From NCBI GenBank assembly GCA_034780895.1, contig JAUZTB010000127.1, positions 27,653,021-27,717,020 on the forward strand: a stretch of DNA of 64,000 nucleotides. Reading direction: 5' to 3'. Both the position numbers and the translations under genes were made by a program. Source of the stretch: Rhynchobatus australiae (Eukaryota). The notes under the pieces were generated by a model. That model was not told where the DNA came from and searched no databases. It was given only the letters and a program-made list of their open reading frames with translations. Shown piece by piece: positions 51,680 through 63,677 of this stretch (position 1 is its first letter; the number at the start of each line of letters is the position of its first letter).

Positions 51680-52705
51680 AACTTGGTTTGGGAATAAGAG
51701 GCAGATGGTGATGGGGGAGGGTTGTTTTTGTGATTGGAAGCCTGTAATACTAGGGATCAGTGCTGGGACCCTTACTGCTCATTATATACATTAACAATTT
51801 GGATGTGAATGCAGGAGATATGATTAGTAAATTCGAAGATGTCACAAATTGGTGGTGTTGTTGATAATGAGGAGGGTAGTCTTAGGCTGGAGGGTGATAT
51901 TTATGAGTTGGTAAGATTGGCAGAGCAATGGCAGATGGAATTTAATCTTGAGAAGCATGAGGTGAAGCATTTTGGGAGGATATACACAATGAATGGTAGC
52001 GTCCTTGGGGGTATTGAAGAAGCTTGGTTTGCAGGTCCAAGGATCCCTGAAGGTGACAGCACAAGTAGAGAAGGTGGTTAAGAATGACGGGATATTTGGC
52101 TTCATTAGCTGGAACATAGAATATAAGAGCAAGGACGCTATGATACGAATATACAAAACATCGGTTAGGCCACAGCTGCAGTACTGTACACAGTTCTGGT
52201 TGCCACACTCTAGAAGGGACATGATTGCACTGGAGAAGGTGCAGAGGGGATTCACCAGGGATGTTGCTTGAGATGGAGTGTTTCAGTTGGGAGGAAGGAA
52301 TGGATAGGCTGGGTTTGTTTTTCTTGGAACAAAGGAGGCCAAATGGGCACCTGATTGAGATATGCAAAATTATGAGGGACATAGATATAGGATAGACTGT
52401 AAAAACTTTTTCACCATAGCAGAAACAAAAGGGAACAGGTTTAAGGTAAGGGGGTAGAAGGTTTGGAGGGGATCTTAAGAAGAACTTTGTTGCCCAGAAG
52501 GTTGTTGGAATCTGGAATGTACTGCCTGAGGGATTGGTGGAGGCAGAAACCCTCACAACATTGCAGAAGTCTCCAAAGAAGAGCTTGAATAACTAGTGCA
52601 TAGAAGGCTATGACAATTACTGGAAAATAAGATCAATATGGATTGGTACTTAATGGTTGGCATGGATATGGTGATTAAAGGGCCTGTTTCTATGCAGTAT
52701 GACTT
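51680..52705 (+). mobile_element. CR1 LINE RT C-terminal half
   Basis: GSVLGPLLLIIYINNLD, ISKFED.TxIGGVVD, WQMEFN, KTSVRPQLQYCTQFWLPHSRRDMIALEKVQRGFTR. Tail aagggcctgtttctatgcagtatgact. Confidence 0.92.
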
Positions 52706-53379
52706 TCTCCTTTCTGTCATAATTCTTTAGATGACAAAGCAGATTATTCTAAAATGAAATAACCACAGGTAAAACTCCACAGTTCAATAGAAGGTAAGGA
52801 AAGCAAAATGTCAAAATGGAAAACTCTGGAAATACTCAGCAGGTCAATTTGCAGAAAAACTGGGGAGATTCAGAGACAACTAAAGGTAAGGCTTGTGACA
52901 GAAAAATATTAAATGACAAAAGCAGTGATGGAACTGGGTAAAAGAACAAGAAGAGGAACAGAAACAGAAACCAATGGAGGTGACTACGGCTAAGCAATAG
53001 ATGGAAATCTTGTCGGAGGGAGGAGCAGAATATCTTCGTTGATTGCAGGTGGAAGTGAATTAAATAATAGACCAAAAACAAAATACGAGGAAAGAAAAAT
53101 GTAATTCTAGTCACCCACTTGACATTGGTAGACAGAAATTTGCTAGAATTCTTGTTCGTGATTAAAGGAAGACCTGGCATTTATATAGCCTCTTTAACAA
53201 CTTTAAGGTTTCCCAAAGTACTTCATAATTGATGAATAACCTATGTAGTACAGTCACTGAAGTAATGGAAAAGAATATGACTTGACCTCAAGGGCCCATA
53301 AATGCAGCGTCATAAAAAACCTATTATGCTGTTGTGGTGTTGGTTGAGGGATAAATGTTGGTCAGGATACTCAGAGAAC

Positions 53380-53552
53380 TTGAAAAGCAAAGCATTGCTG
53401 ATGCTGGAAATCTGAACAGGAGAAGCAGAGAATGTTGGAAATACTCAGCAGGTCAGGCAGCATCTGTGGAGAGAGGAAAACAGAGTTAATATTTCAGGTT
53501 GGTAAGAGGATCATCTACCTAAAACATTAACTAGCTGTCTCTCCATAGATGT
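53380..53552. mobile_element. Inverted pair of Penelope-like terminal-repeat fragments
   Basis: gatgctggaaatctga...atactcagcaggtcaggcagcatctgtgga (minus) followed by tcatctacctaaaacattaact...ctccatagatg (plus). Confidence 0.7.
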
Positions 53553-54199
53553 AAGGTTTGATGACTGGTTTGTGTTAAATTACCTGGTCTCATTCAAAGT
53601 GGTGATGGGCGATCTTTCAATGGTCTCAGCATCTCTGACCAAGATAGAAAAGAAAATATTAGGGTTTCCATTCCTGATCATTATTCAGCAACTATTGTTG
53701 GACATTAGGCAAGGGCAATAAGCCAGTTGATTCAATCCACCTTCAGATATTAAAAAGTGACTGTTTGTACCAGGCTTGGTGAAACCTATGGACACTGATG
53801 ACATTCTAGCTGGAGGCCTGTGCACTGAATCAGCCACTTCCTTGGTCAAACTNNNNNNNNNNNNNNNNNNNNNNNNNNNNNNNNNNNNNNNNNNNNNNNN
53901 NNNNNNNNNNNNNNNNNNNNNNNNNNNNNNNNNNNNNNNNNNNNNNNNNNNNGCAATAAGTAGAAACAAAACTAAACATTGAGTGCCCAAATTCAATTGT
54001 TGTATGTGAAGAAAGTGAGCAAATATAGTCTCTGCCTCACTGAAGGGACATGGTGCTAGCTCAGCAGTCCTCCATACCACTAACTGCAACTCAAGTCATT
54101 ACTAGGAGGACAGAGGAAAAGATTCAAAGATCTTCTCATAGATTCTTTGAAACAGCCCATTGACTTGTAAATCCCAGGCCTATAACTACTTAAAATGCA

Positions 54200-54420
54200 G
54201 AAGGAGCATTTGAGATAATACTGAGAAGCTTGAGTCCATCCATTAGGAGCACACAGAATGCCCAGATAAGTGGCAGAAAGAATGCATTACCTTTCCAACT
54301 ACCTACAATCATCCTTTCGGGCACCCTCTGTCCATCTGTGGAAGAGTCTGCGCTTCCCACATTGACAATGAATAACAGAATCCACAAAAGCAGACTGGAA
54401 GCAAATCTGCCTGAGAAAAA
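54200..54420 (+). mobile_element. RTE LINE 3' tip
   Basis: ctgtccatctgtggaagagtctgcgcttcccacattg (CPSCGRVC.SHI-like), similar to 14960-15040. Confidence 0.55.
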
Positions 54421-54882
54421 GAAGTACCAGTGGAGACCCTTAGGTTCAGGGATGAATTTGTGGCACGCAGTGTTAAGTCAAAGCCTTGACTACGTTCTCA
54501 GATGGGTGGATTCTATTGCACTATTTCAAAGAAGAGCAAATAATTACACTGTGACATTGTGGGCAAAATTTATCAACCAACATCATGAAAAATGAATTAC
54601 CTGGTCATTTATCACTGTGCTGTTTGTGGGATTTTATACAAACATTGTCTGTCCCCCAGTTCCTACATTAAAGCAATGGCCACGTGTCCAAAAATCTGTC
54701 ATTTGCCATAAAATGCTTTTGGAAGTCCTAAGATCAGGAAGGCTCTTTTAAAAGTGTGAGTCATTCTTTATCATTTAGTAATGTCTTGAATTTTCATAAA
54801 GTCTGAAGTGAGAATGATTTCACGATAGAACAGTGCTGTAAAATTAACAATTAAGGCTGATGTGTGTTTGCTCTGCTTCTAG

Positions 54883-55000
54883 TGTGGTGTAGTCCTGGGC
54901 TCCTTTCTGCTGATCTGCTGCTCCTGGATGGCATACAGCTCCAGCATGATGCTGATTGAAATGGCGATTTCAGCTAATCGCAAAACATACTTTGGTCTCG
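54883..55000 (+). CDS. SLC38A10-like coding exon 2 (CGVVLGSFLLICCSWMAYSSSMMLIEMAISANRKTYFGL)
   Basis: Acceptor ctctgcttctag, 118 nt, donor G|gtgagt (phase 0 to 1). Aligns without gaps to the recalled SLC38A10 segment [39 protein letters not shown]. Confidence 0.93.
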
Positions 55001-56363
55001 GTGAGTTCTTGCTGTGGGAAAATGCAGGATATAAGTTACCTCAAGCAAGGATTATGATAAATAGCAAAAGGATGTCAGTGCTGTAGTTTGAATCTTATGT
55101 GTGCAGCCAACCATTTTAAATTAACTCCACCATCAGCATTAACTTCCTGCTCAAAGCGTTACTTTGTGCTGTCATGGCACAATCCTTCATTGATTCATCA
55201 AAGAAGGCAGCTAAGGGCTGCATCTGCACTACTTAAAGAGAACCAATTGACCAGGTGCTTGACCATTAGTTTGGAAAATGAGTCCTTCAACAGGTAAGAT
55301 TCCTTTAGGATGTTATGCTTAGCCTTTAGTTCTAATCCTAACCAACTCACTGAGGGTGTGCTTCAGGAATACTTGCTACCAGACCCTAGCTCAATCACGT
55401 TCCCAACCGTCATGTTACTGTCTCACAATGCTCAGACCTAATCCTAAAATCACATTCTGTTTGTTCCCTCCATCCCCACTGAATTCCTCAATGAGAGCCT
55501 TGAATGTTGTTTTTTCCACCCAGACTGAAGGTCCAACCTTCCCCACCCCTACTCGACAATATATCACGCCTGCCCCACCCCTACTGGCACCTCCCAAGAT
55601 CCATAGTCCCTCATCCACTACTTTGTGCCACTAGTTTTGACTTAGATTGATGTTGCATGAGCCCATGTGTTGATTTAATGACCAATTTCTTGGCAATAAC
55701 CTAAAAATTAGAGAACAATCTTCCTGAAATGAAGTTTTGAACACTGCGGCATGAAAAGTGTGGTAGACAATTAGAACTCTCTCTGGAAAATGTCAGTTGG
55801 TGCTGAATGAATTGTCGTTCTGAGATTGCCAAATGTCTGATAATAAAAAGGATTTTAAGGATGTTAGGTAGAAATTCATTCTCAGTTGATTGTACTATTC
55901 ATCTCCTTGTAGTAGCAGCTGTGCACTCTAAAATTTGGATCCATTAATGTCAATGGAACCAAAATCTGAAAGCAGAGGAGGTTGCACATCTATTTCTAAA
56001 GATAAATGATGATGAACAGAAGAACTAGAAACAGCAGGCCATTTGGCTCTCCATACCTGCTGCACCATTGAATAAGATTGTGGATGGCTATTTACCACAG
56101 TGGCACAATCAATTAACCACAAACATCTTAGAACAAATATCAAGGAGTTAGTCACAGATCAGTTGTGATCTCACTGCATTATGGATCAGACTTGTCCCTT
56201 TTGTCCCTTCTCTGCTTTGAGGAACATATTCAAGTTTGTGTAGGACTTCTTAAACCAAAGTAAAAGAAAAACATGGAAAAATCACTTCGCCAGAAAAGAG
56301 TCAAAATATTGCAGTGTTTCAATATCAGTGGATGTTTTGTATACAGCAAGGATTAATTATCAG

Positions 56364-56552
56364 ACAAAATGCTGAAGGGACTCAGCAGCTCAGGCAGCAT
56401 CTGTGGAGGGAAAAGGACAGTTGATGTTTTGGGTCAAGAACCTTCATTGTTGACTGTCCATTTCTCTCCACAGATGCTGCTTGACCTGCTGAGTCCCTCC
56501 AGCATTTTGTTTGTTGCTCCAGATTCCAGCATCTGGAGTTTGTTGTGTCTCC
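56364..56552. mobile_element. Inverted pair of Penelope-like terminal-repeat fragments (58-bp arms)
   Basis: 56364-56421 and 56453-56510 are reverse complements at 53 of 58 positions. Confidence 0.85.
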
Positions 56553-56784
56553 AAGTACTAACTTTGCTACTGTACTTGAACCATCTGGAATGTCCTCATT
56601 AATTAAATCATTTCCCAAAGCAGTTCCCAAAGCAGTTCACACAATCAGTTCACAAAGCAGCACACACTGAGAAAGTTGGTGGACTTTCTCTCTCCTTCTG
56701 CTCCTTCATTCCTCCTTTCCCAAAGACATGCTACAGATGGGTATTTTCAATTAACACTGACCAAACTTACAATTTCCATTTTAG

Positions 56785-56830
56785 CTCAAGTTTCGTATGG
56801 AACACCAGGAAAATTAGTTGTTGAAATAAG
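56785..56830 (+). CDS. SLC38A10-like coding exon 3 (AQVSYGTPGKLVVEIS)
   Basis: Acceptor tttccattttag, 46 nt, donor AAG|gtaagt (phase 1 to 2). Matches AFHAYGKAGKMLVETS. Confidence 0.92.
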
Positions 56831-57939
56831 GTAAGTAGTCCTCAGTAAATTTAGATCTAGGAACTTTCTTTCTCTAAGCGTGAGGATTCTTATGATGTCT
56901 AATGGTGTTTGCTACCCTCGTCTCCCTACGCAGTTAAGGGAAAAGGTTGACTGAACTGCTATCAGACTTATATAGTTCTCAGAAAAGGGCTGCATAGCAA
57001 TGCATGTGGCAAAGGTGGCCTTCCCTTCAACTTACACTTTCTCTTACTCTATTTTACATGGATGTCCTCTGCTTTGCATTATAGTAAAACTAAAACTGGA
57101 AACCGTGCTGTGTGCATAGCTCATTGTTCTTGCATTAAAGCTATATTCCCTGGATTCAAATTTGATTTTGAGCAAAAGTGTAAAACAAGTGTAAGAGGTA
57201 ATTGAAGTCCACAAAAATAAAACCCAGGAGGGACGTAAGCTAGACTGCTGACTCCCTATTATCCATTTTACACTTTCACATAAAGTGAAAATCTTTCTCT
57301 CTCCCATTTTCTTGGAAATCTTTAACAACATCTACTAGTTCTCAAACTTCATCCTGTATAGAGAATTCAACTGGTCAATTCTGATTTCATTCAAGATAGT
57401 TTTTAACGTATATGTTTGGAAATGTCAGTAGCCTTTGTAACTTGTGTCCTAATATAGGCAAAATCTTCAGAAACATTGGGTGATTATGTGGGAAGTCAGC
57501 TGGATCTCATGTTTCCTATTTCCAACCTAGTACCCACTTCTCTGCACAACCTTGAATTAGTTTCCTTAATCCAACTCTAGGCTCTTATGAAATTCTCCTC
57601 TCATTTGTCCATCATTGGTGCCTGTAGATTTAGCCAACTGAGCCCAACACATCTGAATATTCCCAATAAATTTGACTGAATCTCCACCTCCCTTTTCTCA
57701 TTAAGGACTCTCCTTCATTCCCAATTATTTGTGAAAGATGTGGAAGCAGTTCAATTGTCCTGAAATTGTGTGTTTTAGTGGAAGGAAGTTCATTGTGATC
57801 AGGACAAAGGGCCTGAACTGTGCTGTAGTTTTTCTATGTTCTATGTTTCTATCATCTTGTCAAAGTGTTTGGGTAACTGAAGAGGAAGTAGTTAAAGAAA
57901 AGCTTACACTTCCATAGCAACTTCTGTGAATAACATCAT

Positions 57940-58327
57940 GGGGGGATCTCACTGAAACCTATCAGACACTAAAAGGCCTGGATAGAGTGGACATGGAGAG
58001 GATGTTTCCATGAGTAGGAAAGTCTAGTATCAGAGGCCACAGCCTCAGAATAAAGAAATGTCCCTTTAAAACTGGGATGAGCAGGAATTTCTTCAGCCAG
58101 AGGATGGTGAATCTGTGGAATTCATTGCCACAGAGGCTGTGCAGGCCAAGTTATTGGCTGTATTTAGGGAAGAGATTGATAAGGTTCTTGATTGGTAAAG
58201 GGGTTAAGGGTGAGGGAGAGAAGGTGGGAGAATGGGTTTGAAATAAAAAATCAGCCATGATTGAATGGCAGAGCAGACTCGATGGGCTGAATGTCCTAAT
58301 TCTGCTCCTATATCTTATGGTCTTATG
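57940..58327 (+). mobile_element. Young CR1/HER1 LINE 3' fragment in intron 3
   Basis: GDLTETYQTLKGLDRVDMERMFP, RGHSLRIK, RNFFSQRMVNLWNSLPQ. Tail gactcgatgggctgaatg...tcttatggtcttatggtc. Confidence 0.9.
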
Positions 58328-58903
58328 GTCCACCCCCTCCTCCAAACAACGAATCACTCCAGAAGTGCAGTCCCTGTTGTAAAGTGGAATGCACAACAAC
58401 CAACTTGTGCACAGCAAGAGGCCAAAAACACCAGTGAAACACATGCCCAGATAATCCATTTTTATTGATGTTACTTGAGGGATAATATTATCCTGGACAC
58501 CAGGGAGAACTGTCCTGTGCTTCTATAAACTATTGCTATATGAGGTATTTTCCAACAATCTTAGAAGATGAATGTGGTCATGGTTTTACACCTTCTTCCT
58601 TCAACACTGCAAAAGAGAATTAACCTGCCAGGTCTCCAGAGTGTTTTTTTGAACCCATAACATTCTGACTGGGAGGAGATTGCTATATCACTGCACCATA
58701 ACCAAGGAAGTGGGAGGAGACAAAATACCAAAGGCTACAGCCATTAATCTGTTGTTAACTTACTGCTTTTGCACAACATGAGAAATTGTGAACCTGTTTC
58801 GTATCCTCAGTAAAAATGGTTTTACTTGATCAGCACAGGACCAGTAATTTTCTTTAGTTGCAGTTCATTTTAATATAATGGGATGCTGATTTTCTGCTTA
58901 CAG

Positions 58904-58997
58904 CATGATCGGCTTATTGCTAGGAACCTGCATTGCTTTCTTTGCTGCCTTGGAAGATTTGGTAGCCAGCCTCTTCATGATGTTGACTGGATCCTCA
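58904..58997 (+). CDS. SLC38A10-like coding exon 4 (MIGLLLGTCIAFFAALEDLVASLFMMLTGSS)
   Basis: Acceptor tttctgcttacag, 94 nt, donor TCA|gtaagt (phase 2 to 0). Matches [31 protein letters not shown]. Confidence 0.93.
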
Positions 58998-59254
58998 GTA
59001 AGTTCACACACTTTTTAAGAAAAGAGCATATTTGCCCACTGCTTGAGTTTGTTTTTCTCTTTTCCTTGTTCCTTTCTCTGCAGTCTCCTCCCCACCATTT
59101 CACCTTAAGTATGTTGCTACCTTCACCACAATATCTTTTCTTAGGCAAACATGATGTTCTGGTAACTTGTCAAGTGGTCATTATTCATAGGCTCATTGAT
59201 TATAAGTGCAAGTGGGTCATCTGGCTGGTAAGATCACCCAGCAGGATATTTATA

Positions 59255-60550
59255 CCCACACACGATGAGACTTTCTGCACAGGTACTTCCAAGATGCCTT
59301 CATTATACTTTAACTGTGGCTTCTCCTCTACTGCCATTCACAGAGACCCTGACCACATCTCATCTATTTCCCACTCCTCTCAGATACACAAGGGTGGAAT
59401 GCCCTGGGTTCTCTCCACTCCACCGGTCTCCTTTGGATCATCCTTTTCAATCTCCGCCACTAACAACGAGATTCCAGAACCAGACACATCTTCCCTACTG
59501 CTCCCTTTCAGCATTCTGAAGGGAACGTTCCATGCATGATTCCCCTGTCCACTCTTACACCTCCACCAACCATTCCTCATTTTATGGTCCCTTCCCAATN
59601 NNNNNNNNNNNNNNNNNNNNNNNNNNNNNNNNNNNNNNNNNNNNNNNNNNNNNNNNNNNNNNNNNNNNNNNNNNNNNNNNNNNNNNNNNNNNNNNNNNNG
59701 TACACCTCCCCCAACCATTCCTCATTTTATGGTCCCGTCCCAATAACTGCAGGCAATGGCAACACCTGCTCTTTTACCTTGTCCCAACTATCATCCAGGG
59801 ACCCAAACAGTCTTTCCAATTGAAGCAGTGGTTCACATGCACTTCTTCCAATTTTGTGTACTGTATTCAATGTGGTCTCCTCTAAACTGGAGAAATCTAA
59901 AGCAGATTGGGTGACTACTTTGCAGAACAAATTTGTTCAGTCCACAGTGGCAGCCCTGAGTTTACAGGTGCCTGTCACTTGAATTCTTCCTCCCGCTCCC
60001 AATCTGACCAATCTGACTGTGGCCTCCTCACTATTCCAACCAAGCCCAATGTAATCTTGAGGAATAGCACCTCATCTGAAATTTGGGCACATTACAGTCT
60101 TCCAGACTCGATGTTAAATTCAAGAACTTCAGCTACACGCTTCCTCAGTTTATATTGGAACTGGCCAGTTCTGCTCTAAGCTTGTCCATCAGTAATAATA
60201 TTAACTTAGTATTTTTTCTCTCCACAGACACTGTTCCTTTTGGTTTCAATTCTCTGCAAAGCTCTGATCTGTACTTACAGCTTTTATGTGTCCCTTTTCT
60301 TTCTCTCTCCCTCGAAATGTCCTCATGAAACTATTGATCAGATGGATTTTTATGCAGCATATCGCTGTGGCCTCACCCAGTCAGAGATATTCCATTTGTC
60401 CTATTGCCCTCTTGCCAACATAAACTAACTTATTTTCTCTCTTACCCAGTTCTGATGATGGGTCTTCCACCTGAAACCTTAGCTCTGTTTCTCTATCCAC
60501 AAATGCTGCCTGACCTGCTGGCAGCATTTTCTGTTTTGAATCCCAGGCAA
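59255..60550 (+). mobile_element. Decayed Penelope-like retroelement (RT C-terminus, GIY-YIG endonuclease, terminal repeat) in intron 4
   Basis: IQGPKQSFQLKQWFTCTSSNFVYCIQCGLL*TGESKxRLGDYFAEQ is a GIY-YIG-type segment. HFNS-like and EExHLI-like remnants follow, and the terminal repeat has a hammerhead-like core at 60448-60484. Confidence 0.85.
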
Positions 60551-60793
60551 CTTGACCCTTTTTCAATATAATGGATTTTATAACCTCTTCAGAGAGCACA
60601 TTGGATCTCTGTTTAATGCAACATCCATAAGGTAATAGTTGGCATTAAGCCAAGCAAAACTGGTTTGACTTGTAGAGTACAGAAGAAGCAGTGAAAGTTA
60701 AGTAGCGACCATAGATAACATGAGTGAGAGATGGGATGCCCTGTGATCCTCTACTTATACTGTTTCACAAACTCCTATGCTTTTTCCTGACAG

Positions 60794-60934
60794 ATTACTA
60801 CCTGGCAGCATGCTTTATTACTATCTACCATCACCTCAGTGTCGGTTCTCCCACTGAGCCTACAGAAAAAGGTGTCGAATTCAGCCTGGCAGTCATTGAC
60901 CTCCATCATATTTTACATTTTTTTGATGCTTGTG
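60794..60934 (+). CDS. SLC38A10-like coding exon 5 (ITTWQHALLLSTITSVSVLPLSLQKKVSNSAWQSLTSIIFYIFLMLV)
   Basis: Acceptor tttttcctgacag, 141 nt, donor GTG|gtgagt (phase 0 to 0). Carries the VLPLSLQ and FY..xM.V motifs, and is one codon shorter than the recalled human segment. Confidence 0.9.
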
Positions 60935-61811
60935 GTGAGTATTGTGAGCAGAATGGGAACTAGTCGGGAATGGTAGAATTATTGATCAGATGGGTGGATA
61001 GATCACTTCTGTGCGCATCATCGTCCATTATAAGGAAAGTATGTACTGGAGCATGACTCTGGTGACTGGATGGCAAGGGTTCTTTTTGTGTCCTCTCATG
61101 AAGGCTCCATTGGAGTATGTTTCCATGGAAAATGGCCACCTTGTTCGATCATGCCCAGGCAATGGTCCTTTTTATGTGGAAGCTTGTTTGGTGCGTAGAC
61201 TTTTCAGAGGGGAGCTTGCACAGTGGCATATTTCCTGATAGGGATTTCACTGTGAGAACCACCCAATCTCGGACGATTAGGATGATCCCTGATGATTAGG
61301 AGCTTGAATGGTGATGTTCCCCCAAGATGTGGAACCCATACAAGTCCTATGATGATAGGAAGGTTCATGGTGACTGAAGAGGACATCAAAGGGATCTCCT
61401 AAAAGGGATTAATTAATTGTGTGCAGCTTTGTTGACAGTGCAGTTGAAGGAGAGCTCAGTGGGATCAGCTGGGCTGAAATAATTAAGGCGATGTATTGCC
61501 CTCTGCTGAAATATTGCCTGCTAAGCTACACTACAAAAAAAAAGGGGATGTTGCTAGTTGTCCCACTGTATCTCCATCACACCCAGGAGCAGGAGAAGGG
61601 AGGCCGAAGACAAATCCTCCTTCATAGAGAAAGGAAGCAGAGAACACCCCTGCCCGAGACAGCCTACTTTTGCGATGGTACCAGATCTTTAGACCCTCAC
61701 TGCACAGTCTGACCTTGCTGACCTCCTCCTCACATTGCCTCTCTCAGCCTTGGTGGGGTTCCTGGGCTCTCCAAACAGCCAGAACTCTCTCCAGGTTGAA
61801 AAGAAAAAATC

Positions 61812-61950
61812 TAGAGATGCTAGAAACTTGAAGCAAAGACAGAAACGTAATAGTCAGCAGAGCAGGTAGCGTCTATGGAGGGAGAAACAGTAAATATTTC
61901 CAGCCGATTGTCCACAGTTGCTGCCTGACTGCTGAGTACTTCCAGCAATA
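61812..61950. mobile_element. Decayed inverted pair of Penelope-like terminal-repeat fragments
   Basis: tcagcagagcaggtagcgtctatggagggagaaacag (minus) followed by tccacagttgctgcctgactgctgagtacttccagca (plus). Confidence 0.6.
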
Positions 61951-62214
61951 CCAGTATCATTCCTTGTCTGGTGTCCACCTTGTCCACTGGAGAAACAGGA
62001 CACCCATTCCATTCACCCAAGCTGCACAATGATTTTCAACGCTGGCTACAATTGGCAGTAACCTCTCTCTTTAAAGGTGCAGCCATGATGTGTAGCTTAG
62101 TGGGCAGGATTCCTGAAATGACTCCCAGTTACTGGGTGCTAATGCAAAACTGATCGATATTCATGTCACCTAAGGGCACAGATCAATACATGAGGTGAAA
62201 ATGTAAACCTACAA

Positions 62215-62690
62215 GTTAAGAGTAGGAATAGGCCACTCAACCCCTCAATTTAATAAGACCGTGGCTGCTCTGACAGTGACCACAACACTGAGATCCTCCC
62301 TACCTGTACTAATCTTCGCCCCCTTGGATATCAAGTGTCTGTCTACTTCTGTCTTAAAAACATTGAAAGATTCCATTTCCACTGTCCTTGCAAAGGAGAT
62401 TTCCAAAGACTCATATGCTTCCAAGAGAAAGAAAAACCCTTAGCTCTGTCTTAAATGTGATGATGCTGATTTTTATGCAGAAACCCCTTATTCTAGATTC
62501 TCCCACAAGAAGAAGCATCCTCTCTACATATATCCAATAAGACTCCGCAGGATCTTACTACTTCAACCAGGTCTCCTCTTGTTCTTCTAAACTCTAGCTG
62601 ATGTAAGCCAAGCCTGTTCAGTCTTTATCATAATACAACTAACTCAAACTCCTAAATTAAAGAGGCAATACAGTCCAGGTGTTGTCTCAC
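62215..62690 (-). mobile_element. Old CR1 LINE 3' fragment
   Basis: agtaggaataggccactcaacccctc tail, with ttctagattctcccacaaga and ttcttctaaactc body. Confidence 0.6.
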
Positions 62691-63677
62691 CTTCCGAGTT
62701 TTGTACAACACAGCTTTTCTTATTATTTGCTGAACTCGCTCCTTTTGTGCCTTTCCGCATATGTTTGATCTGCACTAGGACAAAATGGCACAGGTCCTCT
62801 CTACACTGCCTTGTTAGTATGTGTTTTCATGTGCAATTGAATTTCTAGGCCATTGAATTTCCAGGTCTCTCACCTTAACTGAAGCTAACAAGACAAAGAT
62901 AAAGTAAAACACGCTGGGGATAAGATTAAATCTGTCAACCATCTCTGAAAACTAACTTTATTAATGAAAAAAAATCATGTGTTATCCTTATCAGCCAATA
63001 ATGAATACTATTTTGATGATAATCATGATTTCAAATCATCAAAAAAGGTGATTAGTTTCTGAATTTAAAGAGATTAGAATTTTTCAATTTCTTTAGACTT
63101 NNNNNNNNNNNNNNNNNNATAGCCATGGAAAGTTCTGTGGTTCAGATCAAACCAATCAAATTTAATCAAATTCAATGTCCATTCAGAGCATCATGTCAGA
63201 TTGTGTGTAATAAGGAGGATATTCTAGTTTTGCATTTGTTATTTCCCCTTTTTTCTCTCCTAGGCAGGACTTTGTTTCCTTGGAGACATAGAGATGCAGC
63301 TGAGAGATAGTGGTAGCAATCGGGAGCTGGTGGTGGGCTGGGGGAAATACTAAAACGTCTCTTCAGATCAGCCATGATATTATGAAATGACAGAGGGGAC
63401 TCAAGGGCCAAATGGCCCCCTCTGCTCCTAATTTATATGTTTGTATGAACATATTCTTACCTGAACACTTGATATCTCCTAATGGAACTCACCACACTGG
63501 AGCAGCTTGATGCCAAGGTCATAATCCTTGTGTTGTTCTTGTCATTCTTTGACAGAATATGCTCAAAAATCTGAGATGAGCAGTTCATTATTATCACACC
63601 AGAAAAAAAAACATTCTCTGATTTAGTTTGTATGGGTTGAAATGTCAAATTGACTCAGTGGCTTCCTTTGTCTCCAG

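Noticed and set aside
58883-59539. 218-aa ORF, the longest gap-free ORF in the track
   Set aside because: It reads exon 4 in the wrong frame and then runs through intron and Penelope remnant, so it is not a gene.
63457-63648. Minus-strand ORF ending at CAG|gtaag
   Set aside because: Antisense within intron 5, with no homology and no linked exons.
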